Assembly: GCA_904063045.1 (NCBI GenBank)
Contig: CAJFCJ010000012.1
Coordinates: forward strand, 1,364,001-1,428,000
Length of the DNA stretch: 64,000 nt
DNA from: Dimorphilus gyrociliatus
Lineage: Eukaryota > Animalia > Annelida
Reading direction: 5' to 3'
In this document: one piece after another, positions 1 through 11,972 of the stretch
How the letters are laid out: each line of letters opens with the position of its first letter
How positions within the stretch are numbered: the first letter of the stretch is position 1
Program-made: the position numbers and the translations under genes
Notes under the pieces: generated by a model
Told to the model about the DNA's origin: nothing
Database searches by the model: none
Seen by the model: the letters and a program-made list of their open reading frames with translations, nothing else

Positions 1-3000
1 GTTGAATAGTAGTCACTTTAATACCCTCGGGAGATACTTCTTGCCGAAGGGCTTGAGATAGTCCCTCGACAAAGAATTTAGTCCCACTATAAACCGCTAA
101 GCCAGGAAATCCCCTTCTTCCAGCATTAGACGTGATATTTATAATATGACCCTTCTTTGCTTTTATCATTAGAGGAAGAATGGGCTCCAAACAGTTTAAT
201 ACTCCCTTACAATTAATATCTACTTGCTTGTTCCACTCTTCTACTCGAGGATTCTTCATCTCTCCGTAGAACATGACGCCAGCATTGTTGACTAGAACAT
301 CTACTTCCCCTAGGCTAGTTCTAACATGATTAACTGCTTCTTTTACACTAGTTCTATCACAAACGTCGCATTCAATAGCGATAGCTGACCCTCCATTCTT
401 TGAAATTTCACCTGCTATTATTTTTAGCTTGTCCACTCTTCTAGCAAGTAAGGCAACTCGCATTCCGTTCTCAGCTAGTTTCCTAGCAATTGCTTCTCCA
501 ATACCACTGGATGCCCCAGTTACTACAGCAACCCGTTTATCTAAAATTCTCTCCACTGCAAAAATTATCGCAAATATTCCAATTAAGTAAAAAACAGAAG
601 CAATAACACATTATAGAGGGTCTCAACTGACCTATGGTATTTTTCCTAACAGGTAATATAACACCTCTACTAGCCATTTTCGAAAAATATGTTTGTATAA
701 GAGCGTGATCTAATTGTGGATAAGCTAAATCAAGCTCCCCTAGAATTTTCTCCGTTGACACGCGATTAAATATATTCTTGCACGTAAAAAATTCGTTCTT
801 TCTATGGAATCAGGTGTATATGATGAGTAAAGTATCTAAGAGAAGTTGATATTTGATACAGTACTTAACTGCTCCATTGATAAGCCTCAATAAGCTGTTA
901 CAGAACTCAAGAGATGAGTTCTCATTGAGCCTAATTTGAAAAAAAAAATTCGATTAATTTACCAGAAAGTGTATAGATTGAGAAATGGAAGAAAACGAAA
1001 GATATAACATGATAATTACAAGCTTTCCCATCTTTCAAAGGAGACGTATCGAATATTGTAGCCGTGGGATATAAGCCAATCAAATAACCATCTCGACTTA
1101 AGAGGATATGTTTGTATCAAATGAAGAACTTTCCCTAAACCCAATACCATTTGCTTTGTCAAATTGACAATAACCTTACTGGCAAAGTCAACTGGTGTCA
1201 TTTCAATTTCCCAATCGACATCGGGTGTTGCACCAACGCCAATGCAACATTGTAAATTCAATAAGTTAAAATCTTCGGGGTTCCAATATGCTTCTTTTGA
1301 GTCCCCGCTTAGATTTCCTTAGGAAAAATGTTAGAAATTGTAACACATACACATGTAACAATTTTTTTCATACCTAGTCTATAAATAGTAGCAGGTAGAC
1401 CTTTGTTCATAGCTCTTTTTACGAGTTGTTCTGCGACCCACTTAGTTTGGGAGTAACCTTCCGTTAACTGATCCGAAACTTGATTCATATCAGTATTTTC
1501 ATTGCAATCTCTCATGTCATGAGGAAACACGGCATTCGTACTATTTCGGAATTAGAATAAGATTACAAATTGAACTACAATCAATCTTAAGCTTTTACCT
1601 AATGTAGTGGAGTGGTTTAATCTTACTTGTACAGGAGAATGCTAAAATATTGCTTGTACCAAGAACGTTTGGGGCGTAAAGAGCCTATAAGTTTAATTAA
1701 ATAATCACTATTGAGAAGATAATTATCCTTATAGAAAATAGACATTACCCTATATGGATAAATAAGATTAACATAAGCTGCTGTGTGTATTATAAAACCA
1801 ATTTCGGCACACAAATAATTGTATTCATCTTCGTTAACGCCCAGTTTCATTAAGCTTATGTCACCTGTAGAATAATTGTATAGGTAAATGAAAAGATAAT
1901 GAAAGTTTAGTTTTTATGGACGGTAATTAAACACCTTTAACGGCGACGACCCGCTGCGAGAATTTAGCTTCGATTACAGTTTCTTCAGCTGTTGCATGCT
2001 CTTTGTTCAAAGGCAGTATGCCGTAAGATCTTAAATTTTGCTTTATCCTATCAATCCCCGTTAAATCCGCAGTGTCTCTAACAAGACAAAATATGTGCAT
2101 CTGCGGATTATTCCATGGTTAGATAATTAGATTTTACAATCAATTTAATTAATGGAAAAAACCTTTGTTTTTAATAGTAATTCTCTTATTAAGAAGGCCC
2201 CGAGGAAACCTGTTGCTCCTGTTAGTAAAACGTTGCTCTGATTCCATCTATCTCCAAATCGTAGAGACCTCCAGAAGGCTCTTAATTGCATATCCATGCC
2301 TGTTATAATCTGATCGTGTTTCTCCACTTCTTTTTTCAAGTCGACCTTTACGAGTTCATTTTCGTGTCTTCGTTCACCTTTCACCTTTAAATCTAATAAC
2401 TTTCCAAGATCGCTTACAGTATTATAGGCGAATAGATCTCTAACAGGAATTTCAATGTTGAATTCCTCTTGAATTTTGTTTAAGAGTTTCGTAGCTAGTA
2501 ATGAATGACCACCTAGGTCAAAAAAACTTTCATTGATGTCTACTGCGTCTAATGAGAGAACTCCACACCATATTCGCGATAATATCTTCTCAGTTTCTAA
2601 ATGATGTGAATACGATATGTTTACTATATACTATCATTAATTAAATAACACTTATACCAGTTGATGGTAAACAATCCGGATCTATTCCGGCTTTAGTGTT
2701 AATTGGGGGCAAAGCTTTTTTGTTTAATTTGCCTGAGGATGCTAAAATTGGGATTCTAAGTGAGAAGAGAATTAAGTAAATTATATTGTCATGATATCTT
2801 GTTTATATATAGAAAGTATTCATTTGTTAGAGAAATACAAACTTTTCTAGAAAGATAAAATGAGACGGAATCATGTAAAAAGGTACCTTCCGCTTCATTG
2901 CTATTCTAATGGATCTAGCTGTTACATCTGTCGACTTTTTCACTATATATGCAACTAATGTTTTTTCCTTTCCCTCTTCTCCAATAACTGAACATACTGC

Positions 3001-4837
3001 ATTTTGTACAAGGTCACTTGTCTCGAGTAAAGCAGCCTCAACAGCTTGTAGCTCTATAGAGTAACCTCGAATTTTTGCCATGCTGTCGCATCTCCCGCAA
3101 ATCTCAAGGCTACCGTCAGCTCTCATAAAACCCCAGTCGCCACATCTATAAAGTCTATCACCCATGTAAGATGGGAGGCTTTTAGGGCGCTTAATGAAAC
3201 GTAGAGCATTTAGATCTGGTCTATTGAGATAACCTCTTGCAAGCGTTGGCCCCCCGACATAAATCTTTTTTTTTTAAGGAACAATTATAGATTCATAAAG
3301 AATTTTGAATTTGTATAAAGTTTCTTACCTCCCCCTGGGCTCCTTGGGGCTGTACATTCAAATCGTCGTCTAAAATGACAACATGAACACCTGGAAGAAG
3401 GCTGCCAGTACCGCAATAGTTTCTCTCATCGTATTGACTCTATTAGTAAAAAAAAATATGATTATAGTATTGTATTAAATTTTGTAAACAAACAGAATTT
3501 TCTCTCCAGGATTTGCTCATATCATCGCAACTGATATCGTGGGCTTCAGAAACGCTATACAAATTAATGTATTGAATCCAGCTTAACAATTTCATACATT
3601 TCTTGAAAAGACTTGTCGTCACTACTTCACCGCAGAATAAAATCGCTCGCATAGACTTGAAAGAATTTTCTATATCAGCCAATTTACTATCCATGACGGC
3701 TTCGAGCAATGATGGCGTAAATAGCATTCTTGTTATTTTGTTGGTTTTCAAAAATTTACATAGTTCGACAGGGTCGTATATTATGTCATCGGGGATTATG
3801 TACATAGTTGTTCCTAAATTTTTTACAAAACGTTTAGATAATCCCTAAATCCTATTGGAAATACAATATCACAAACCTCTGAGGAGTGGTCTAAGCATTT
3901 CCCACACGAAGAATATATTACACGCTTCCCTTTCATCCTCACCGTAGGGGAAGGCTTCGTGCCGCCAATGATAAGAGAATACGGCTCCTCTATGCGGACA
4001 AAGGATACCTTTTTAGGTAGTAATATTAGTTAAAATCTCAATGGAATAATTATTTGGAAAAGAAATTGATTACCTTTCGGTTTTCCGGTAGTTCCAGAGG
4101 AGTAAACTGTATAAGCTAAATCATCTAGAGTTACTGTTGGTTCGCCAATCAATTTTGGATGGTGATCATTCTCTTTCACCATATCATTAGGCCAATTTTG
4201 CGATAGGACGATAACTTCTTTAGCATCTATAGTTAACAATTATACAAATTAGTCAACGTATATACAGCTTATACTTGTACACGTTATTACTTTGAACTTG
4301 GCTCTCGTTAGAAGGGAGAGTAACGACAGCAGCAGGTTCAGAATCCGACAAGATAGTGTCAATTAAGGATTGTGGATAAGAAGGATCAATAGGCATATAG
4401 GCTCCACCTTTATAGGAAAATATGATAGTAGATGATTTAAACTATTAAATAAAGGATATTTTAAGGAAATCAACCTGCTTTAAGAATCGCTATATAGGCT
4501 ATAGAGTACTCCACGCATCTCTTCATGTATATGCCAACAATTGAGTTGGGTTTTACACCCTTATGTCTAAGATTTATGCTTAAAATATCTGTTAGTTCAT
4601 CCAATTCTTTAAAAGTGATGCTGCCTCCATCGGCCGAAACAATTGCCGTCTGTGTTTTAGCGTTATTATATTTATTAAATTAGAAAGGAAAGACGTAACT
4701 AACATTTAGAAAATACAGTTAAATAAATAAAAAAAAAGTAAATAATTCACTTTATTTGGCGTAAGTTTGGCTTGACGACGAAACATGTCATGCAAAAGAC
4801 CAAGATGTTCATATTCGAACGTTTTTGGAGGAGCCAT
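1..4837 (-). CDS. ATRR: NRPS-like multidomain reductase, A-T-R(thioester reductase)-SDR, glycine betaine reductase (ATRR) type; multi-exon, 3' end beyond the window edge
   Basis: Spliced exons give an A domain (YSSGTTGKPKG, ACNIFFVWEMLRPL, FCGEVVT, NLYSVSEAHD, RLYRCGDWG, RCDSMAKIRGYSIEL), a carrier domain (FFDLGGHSLLATKL, Ser codon 2502-2504), a thioester reductase (LLTGATGFLG, HTAAYVN, GYSQTKWVAE) and a C-terminal SDR (VVTGASSGIG, LVNNAG, VYSGTK). First in-frame ATG is at 4837 (MAPPKT); an upstream in-frame exon near 4891-4949 may extend the N-terminus. Confidence 0.9.
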
Positions 4838-6020
4838 TCCTTTTGTCTTTATTAAGAACAAATTAATGATTGCACAAGTCCAAAGTTAACCTCTTTAAGC
4901 TTTTTATCTTGAAAAATTGATAAAAAATAATCCAGATAGAACTCGTCTGTTAAAAATAGAAAAAAAAGCAAACCAAAAATAAAAGGTTACTATAATCGTA
5001 AAAATGCTCATGTTTATTCAAATAATTAAGTTTGTCTTTTATCTCTTTTTAATATAAAACGCTTAATTAACCATTAAATTTCTATATAATGTATATATTA
5101 ATATTTTGTACATATAATAAAAATAGGTGATTGTTATTTATTTCAAAATATAATTATTAAAATGTATGGCGTAAACGTTGTAAAATTTATTCGTACGCCA
5201 TCTACCGATAAGAAATAAAGTTGAAAAAAGAAAATGAAATATCGTATTGTAAAGGGGCGGAAGGAACGCTTTCTAAACTACGTAAACCTTTGTTGACGGT
5301 AGTGGTCCTAAATTTAATTCTATTGATTTTAATACTATAAAGAAATTGAAAAAACTCTCTGATAATGGAAAATTTCTACTGCAAAACACTATTTCCAGAA
5401 TATGCTTTACATTAATGGCTTCTTTTTGACGATAGATTGACGTCATCTCTTTATGTCTTTGTTTCTTTCTTTCATATCTAATTTGATAATTCATAAAAAA
5501 AGGAAGCTTCTTGAAAGATAAAGCTTTAAAGGCAAAAGAGAAGTTAATAGTTTAATTAAAAAGAAGAAACCCTTTCTTTTAAACTTATAATAAAAGATTG
5601 TTAACAAATATAATTATATAAAAAAAAATCGATTCAATCAGCGTTTTCTTGTCAGTATGGTTTTTATTATTATTATAAAACAGAAAGCAAAAAGAAGAAG
5701 TATCAAATTTCGTAAAAAGATGAAAAGGAAAAAAATATCCTCAGCAGATAATAATAATTGTGCAATTCATTGGAAACAGAAATTTTTGAAGAAAAACAGT
5801 TACAAATTATACTAATATAAACAAATCAAAAATATTGATAGTGATTCTTTTTTTGTTCTTTCTTTTTACTGCTTCGTTAATCTCTTTCTCTTTCTTTCTC
5901 TCTCTCTCTCTCTCTCTCTCTGTCCCTGCCTCTTTTTTAACTTTATAAAATAACTATCTAATAACTCATTTTTTAAAACTCTGAAAATTATCACAATGGC
6001 TGTAAAACACTATTTATTTA

Positions 6021-9000
6021 CTACAAAACTGTTATTTCTTCTACATTCTCTTCAACTATTGGTTCAATAGATTGAAATAAGCTCGTTTGAAGTTTATCAA
6101 AACTTTCGTCATTCTCTTCAGATCCTCTATCGCCTTGTTCTTCATTCTGAGCTGAAGATGATACTGAAAAAAGTCTTTTTCTCTTAGCCCAGTTTTGAAC
6201 ATCTTCTTGAGCAGTCGATATATGGGTTTTTAGCTGTTCCTGCTTTCCTTCTCTAGTCAAATTTTTATCATGGTATCTTCGATCTTAAAGATTGAAAAAT
6301 TTTTTAATAAAGAAACATATAAAATGTTATTGCATATCGTGTATAATAAAGAATTATCTTTTACCGGCAGATTGACTTTTGAGAATTTTACCCAATCCTT
6401 CTACTGAAATATGTCTAGTTTTTCCAGTGTCTGTGTAAAGTTAATTTCCGTTTGAAGCGAAAATCAGAATAAAATTATTATAAGTATCTTACCAAGGGAA
6501 TAAGCTCGCTTAAGCATTTTTTTAAAGCTTGGACGAGTTGTCGTGATACCATTTTCCACGTCTCGAATGGTGTTTTTTGCAGCATCTGTAAAACAGTAGC
6601 CAAGAAGGGGAAAAAAACCCCAGTAATTTTTCACCAAATGTCCTGTATGTTCTCTAAATAACAAGACGCTATTTACCTTCTAGTGCTGGATTACTACTTG
6701 TATACTTTAGGAAACCGGTTGTTGAATCTCTATGTTTATGATTATGCATGAGAATAAAATTGATGGGAAAGTAGTTAAGAATAATTTACTTGAGGGTAAC
6801 TTTTTCATAGAGCTTAACCAAAGGTGGACCAGTTTCACTTTCTTTTGATTGTAAAATAGGACGACAATATCGGTTGTCGTAATATTTTAGATACATCTAT
6901 AAAATAGAAAGAGAAATGAAGAAATTAATATAGATTACTTCTAATCTAATTAATTAAATTGTTTACCCATAATAAAGTATCACCATACTCGTCAGTAATT
7001 CCTTCAATTCCTGCCAGAACAGAGTCGAAAACCTAATAGGAAGACCATAAATCATTTATGTAGGTAAAGAAAAAGGCCAACTCAGTAAAAGAAAATTTAA
7101 TAAAACCATCTAATTTATTACATTTTCACTCATTTCTTGGAATAAACTGTAATTTTGCCTTGACTGCATTTTTTTTATTTTGCAAAAGCCAACCAAAGGT
7201 TTAATAGTTAATCCCTGAAAATTTTCGTATATAAGTATAGATATTCGAGTAAATATTTACATTATATAATTTAATCTTTAACTTCGAAATAATAAGTGAA
7301 AACCTGAATGAAAACTGTCCAAATAATAACTCCAAAAGTAGCAGTCATAAAGATACTTTTAGTTTTTCCTTCCGTAAGAGTAGATGCTATAGCAAAGCAG
7401 ACTGCTCCTCTTAAACCTCCATAAAACTGTGGAGAACATTTAAGAGATGTTGCATAAATAAAAAATATCAACAAACCATTATAAACTGTTCTTCCAAGTT
7501 TATTTTATTTTCTCTCCAATAATTAGCCAGGAAAGTTAAGCCGAATACGCCTGTTTGAAGTAATGATAGGTTTTACTAGAAGCCTAGTGACATAATAGAT
7601 AGTTAAATACTTACTAATTGATCTATATATAGTGCATAAAAAGATAGACCATAGAACAAAACCCGAATGCCAATAATGATCGATAGTATATAATTCTATT
7701 CCAAGAAAGAGGAATATGATGGCGTCCATTGTACTACTGTGAAAAGAAAGGCAAAAGATTGGAAGGAGGAACAAGGAAATGCATATTTATAGACACGTTC
7801 TTTTAAATATGAAAAATACAAAATATGAATGTTTTAACCTTAACATTTTTGAAAAGTATTTTACGGTTGTTCTAGATTTTCTTGATATATTAAACATTGC
7901 ATAAGAATTTTGTACTAAACCACAGCCAATACAGCTTATTATACCGGACCAATGCACCATTTCGGCAACAAGATAAGCTAAATAGGCAAAACCAAACATG
8001 CATAAGGGTTCCACTACTCTAACGTGTAATGTATGCTTTGTTATAATTGATGTTATAACTCCGAATATAATTCCTATTGACAATCCCCCTAAACTAACTG
8101 TAAAAAACGATGCTATTCCTAGGCCTATCTGTAAGTGTAATAAGAACTTTAATTATGAACAAAGAGTATAGTATAAATTATGTATCATCTAACGTCCATT
8201 CCTTTACCTGATTAGCAGATACGTCACCAACAGATAAAAATGTACTCATTGTATTACTAAGCACAATTGTTACAGCATCTGTTTAGATGAAACGAGAGTA
8301 TATAATGCCAATCTTTGAATTAGGATAAAGTAAAGTGAATAACCATTTAATAATGATTCTCCGAATACCAAAAAATATAAGCATTTATTTACGCCAATCT
8401 CTTGAAAAATGGCTAGAACCTATTTTTTTTGTCACAGTTAAATAATTAAAGCTAAAGCGTATATTCCGGTTTTCAGTTTAACTTACAGCAACTGGATCAA
8501 CTGCAACTATAAATGAAGAGAATAGTAAGCACTCAAGTAGGGATAATGATATATCTCCCATTGCTTTTATTTGGCTCAGACCATATAAAGTTGGACCAAT
8601 AAATATCCAATTTAAGAGGGTACCCTAAAAATAAATTAAGATATAGTATATTTATATTGTGACATAATATAACAGTTGTGAATAGTCTAAGTAAATTTCT
8701 TACTACAACGGCGTAAAGTAAAATTGTACCCAAATTCTGATAGAAAACCTTGTCATTTAGACTATAGGCCGAGTCCAAGACAATTCTATATAGATTATAT
8801 AACATAATTTAAATTTATACAGTTTTTATAATTTAAAGTATTAAGCTTCTTACGGCGGTAGTAAAAATAGCATAAATAATCTTGGGCTCAGGTGAAAAGT
8901 GCCCGAATTATCCGTATGACTGTATGGATTATATAAATAGTAGCATAAATATGAATGACTAAATATATGAATTTTACTGTATAACGACTCCAGCAACTAG

Positions 9001-9419
9001 TCCGAGCAGAATTAGAATACTAGGGTAGAAGAAAGGAGGGTTTTTCTCATTATTCTATCTAATTGTATATTCTATTCAATTTCAACTACTCACCAAGATT
9101 CTGGAAGACACGATGACATAAAGTTTGCTTGATGAAAACCTATTTTCAAAAGTCCAGCAACTATAACGAATAGGATTATTAAAAGTGGAGTTTCAACATA
9201 GCTGAATCTCCAGGAGACAACAGTTATTCCATGTGAATTGTGCGTTTCCGAATGATTTGAATGAATTGTTGTTTGCCCATTAATCCAATTGATTATTACA
9301 AGTAAAATTATTAATTTGAAGAATAAATTTCTATAAAATAGTTAAAGTTTATCAAAAGAATAGAATGTTCTACTTATAAATCTTTTCAATTAAATTTATA
9401 ATTACCTTTCTAAATTCAT
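6021..9419 (-). CDS. SLC9A: Plasma-membrane-type Na+/H+ exchanger (SLC9A/NHE family), multi-exon
   Basis: Exons encode MNLER|NLFFKLIILLV (signal-like), GFHQANFMSSCLPES, VFYQNLGTILLYAV, VVEPLCMFGFAYLAYLVAEMVHWSGIISCIGCG, KSRTTVKYFSKML and YGGLRGAVCFA; acidic tail ending TVL* at 6021. Confidence 0.92.
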
Positions 9420-10685
9420 CTTTTCTATTTTCTTTGTAATTTCTCTCTTCTCTCTTCTTGTTGTCCTTTAACCACTGGAAATTATGGCATAAATGTATTG
9501 AGAAGTACAGAATTATTTATCCTAAATCTCTTTCAATTCTTTATAGAAACGAATAAAATAAGTGTTGAATTGAAGAAAAGAGAGAAGGAGAGAGACAGAG
9601 ACAGAAACAGTGATAAGCAAACAGAGGTCAACTAAATCACGTTACTGATGATAACGAAAAATATAAATACACTGCCCCTACATATTTTTTAAGTATAATC
9701 CATTAATTCAATGGATTTTATTAAGGAATGACTTATACATAATGCCTATTTAAATAGATCAAAACGTTATAAATACTGTCTATATAATTATTATAGTTAT
9801 AACAAATTATACCTATGGACGTTCAATTGGGCTGTGCTGTTTCTTGTTATTTACTCTTCTGATATCATATTCTTGTTAGTTTCACTTATTATAACTTTCT
9901 AATCAATTATTCTATTTACAATAGCCTATACTAAAAATCTCAACAAAGAAGAAGAAGAGTGATAAAGCAGAGGTAGAGAGAAAGAGAAAGGTTAATAAAA
10001 AATTGTAATACAAATGTTAAAGCGTTAATTTTCTGCAATAGAAAAACGTTTTAGAAAATTAATAATTAAATCCTTTTTAGAGTCATTTTGTTGTAATTTG
10101 TGATGCAAGGATAGAAGAATCCTAGGCTAAAGGGCAGCACTAATAGAGAGAGTGGGTTGAATAAATAGGCCTTTTTTTGAATAAGTAATATAAAAGTAAT
10201 TAACTCTGGTCAGGAAAAGTTTTTCCCATTGTATAAGTAGCATAAACAATTTAATGTATGCAGTTTATGTTTTTGTTTTAGTATAAAAATATAAAATATC
10301 TTCTAATCTAACTAGTTTTACGTAAAATACTATTTTATTAAGTAGTAGTAGCTGTTATTTATAAATAAAACTTGTGAGTGATAATAGGAGAGAAAGAACA
10401 TTTTAGTGTTTTCAATATAAAATTTATTAATAGCTTACACGGAGAAATAGTAATAATTTAATTGGTAAATAATACTAATTAAGCATTAATTAGGGACTAT
10501 TAAAAAAAACTAATGGCTTTAAGATAAGTCTGTATTTTATATGAATATATTAGTATAAATATAAATTGAATATTTTGAGATCGATTACCTGTTTTTGTTT
10601 TCGGCTTGCTACTCACTCAGCTTTATACTTAATACTATAGAAATACCATCCTCTTTTAAACTATTATGAGAGGATAGAGAGAAAA

Positions 10686-10727
<42 letters not shown>
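10686..10727. repeat. (GA)n microsatellite
   Basis: Directly visible run of GA units in the NHE/FCHSD intergenic region. Confidence 0.95.
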
Positions 10728-10731
<4 letters not shown>

Positions 10732-11972
10732 ACAAATGTAATTCATATAGTGTTTAGTAATTCCTTAATTAATTAAATAGATTGTTTAATATTCACAAAT
10801 ATTTTGTATTCGCATGTATAAATGAAGTTTTCTTTATCTTCCAAATGTTTGCATATGCATACAATTAATATAGAAATAGCAATAAAGTATAAAGTATTTT
10901 TTAATACTTACATAACTAGACAGCATCAAATGTAAATGATTATGACATATACGGTATGTACAGTATATATATATATATGTATATACTGTATATTGTATAT
11001 TTGTATATATCGTTGTTTATTAAGACGTATCCTTAAACTAGTATTATATCAGAATAAATACAAACATACATATAACAGACAAAAATCATATTAATCAACG
11101 CTACAGCTGTATTCAATAATAATATTAAAAAATTTCTAATAACTAACGTACTAGTGATAGGGCCGGTACGAAACTTCAACTATTCAATCAATACATTCGC
11201 TGTGTCATCCTTTTTCTTTTTTAGTTTTAATTATTCCTATAACAAAACAATGGAATAGTTATTTTTAGACGCCGGCGTTTATACTGGAATCAATAATAAA
11301 TAATAGTTTTTGCACATATAAATATACATATTTTCTTTATATCGAATTACTTATATGGCCTGAAACTAATCGAAAATTTCTACATAGATGATGCAAAAGA
11401 TGGCGATAGTGCATCCATCAATAAACGCTGTTCTTATTACTATTGCCCTAGGCCTATGCATCGCTTTTTCTCTCCTTTTCCTGATTTTGTCAATTTCCTT
11501 ATAAAGGATATTCGAGTAAAAAAATGGTATAGATACGTTTGTAAACTATTCCTGTTTAGTTTATTTTACATTAAACTAAGAGAATAAATAATACAAATAC
11601 AAAAAAACAAATCCGATTTTCTTCTAGAGAAAAGTATTGGCTTGCGCAATTTTCGTTTAGACGCCAGATGACGCCTAGCTTAATGTAGACGTTGAAAATT
11701 CTATTCTTCGCCCCTACCTACATCGACATATTCAGATCGAATCGTAATAGGGAAACTTTCTGCAATGTATACAGCTTTTCTTTTAATATAGTCGAATGGA
11801 TAATGAAAGAGAGATAATTGTCATTTCTTTTTTTTATAGTCATTTAGTAAGTGAACAGGATTCAGGGAGTAAGAACAGCATAGGAATCGCTTAATTACTA
11901 CGATATGGCGGCTAAGGATAAATTTTATCGTATCCTTTACTAAAATAAGATATAAAACGTGCCAGTTTGAAT

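Noticed and set aside
1-4837. Bacterial contamination or recent horizontal transfer as the source of the NRPS-like gene
   Set aside because: Many canonical short introns and an AT-rich composition like the flanking animal genes. Ancient transfer cannot be excluded without a phylogeny.
5273-5494. 73-aa minus-strand ORF between NHE and the ATRR-like gene
   Set aside because: No recognisable motif, AT-rich, probably NHE 3' UTR. It could be spliced onto the ATRR N-terminus only through weak sites.
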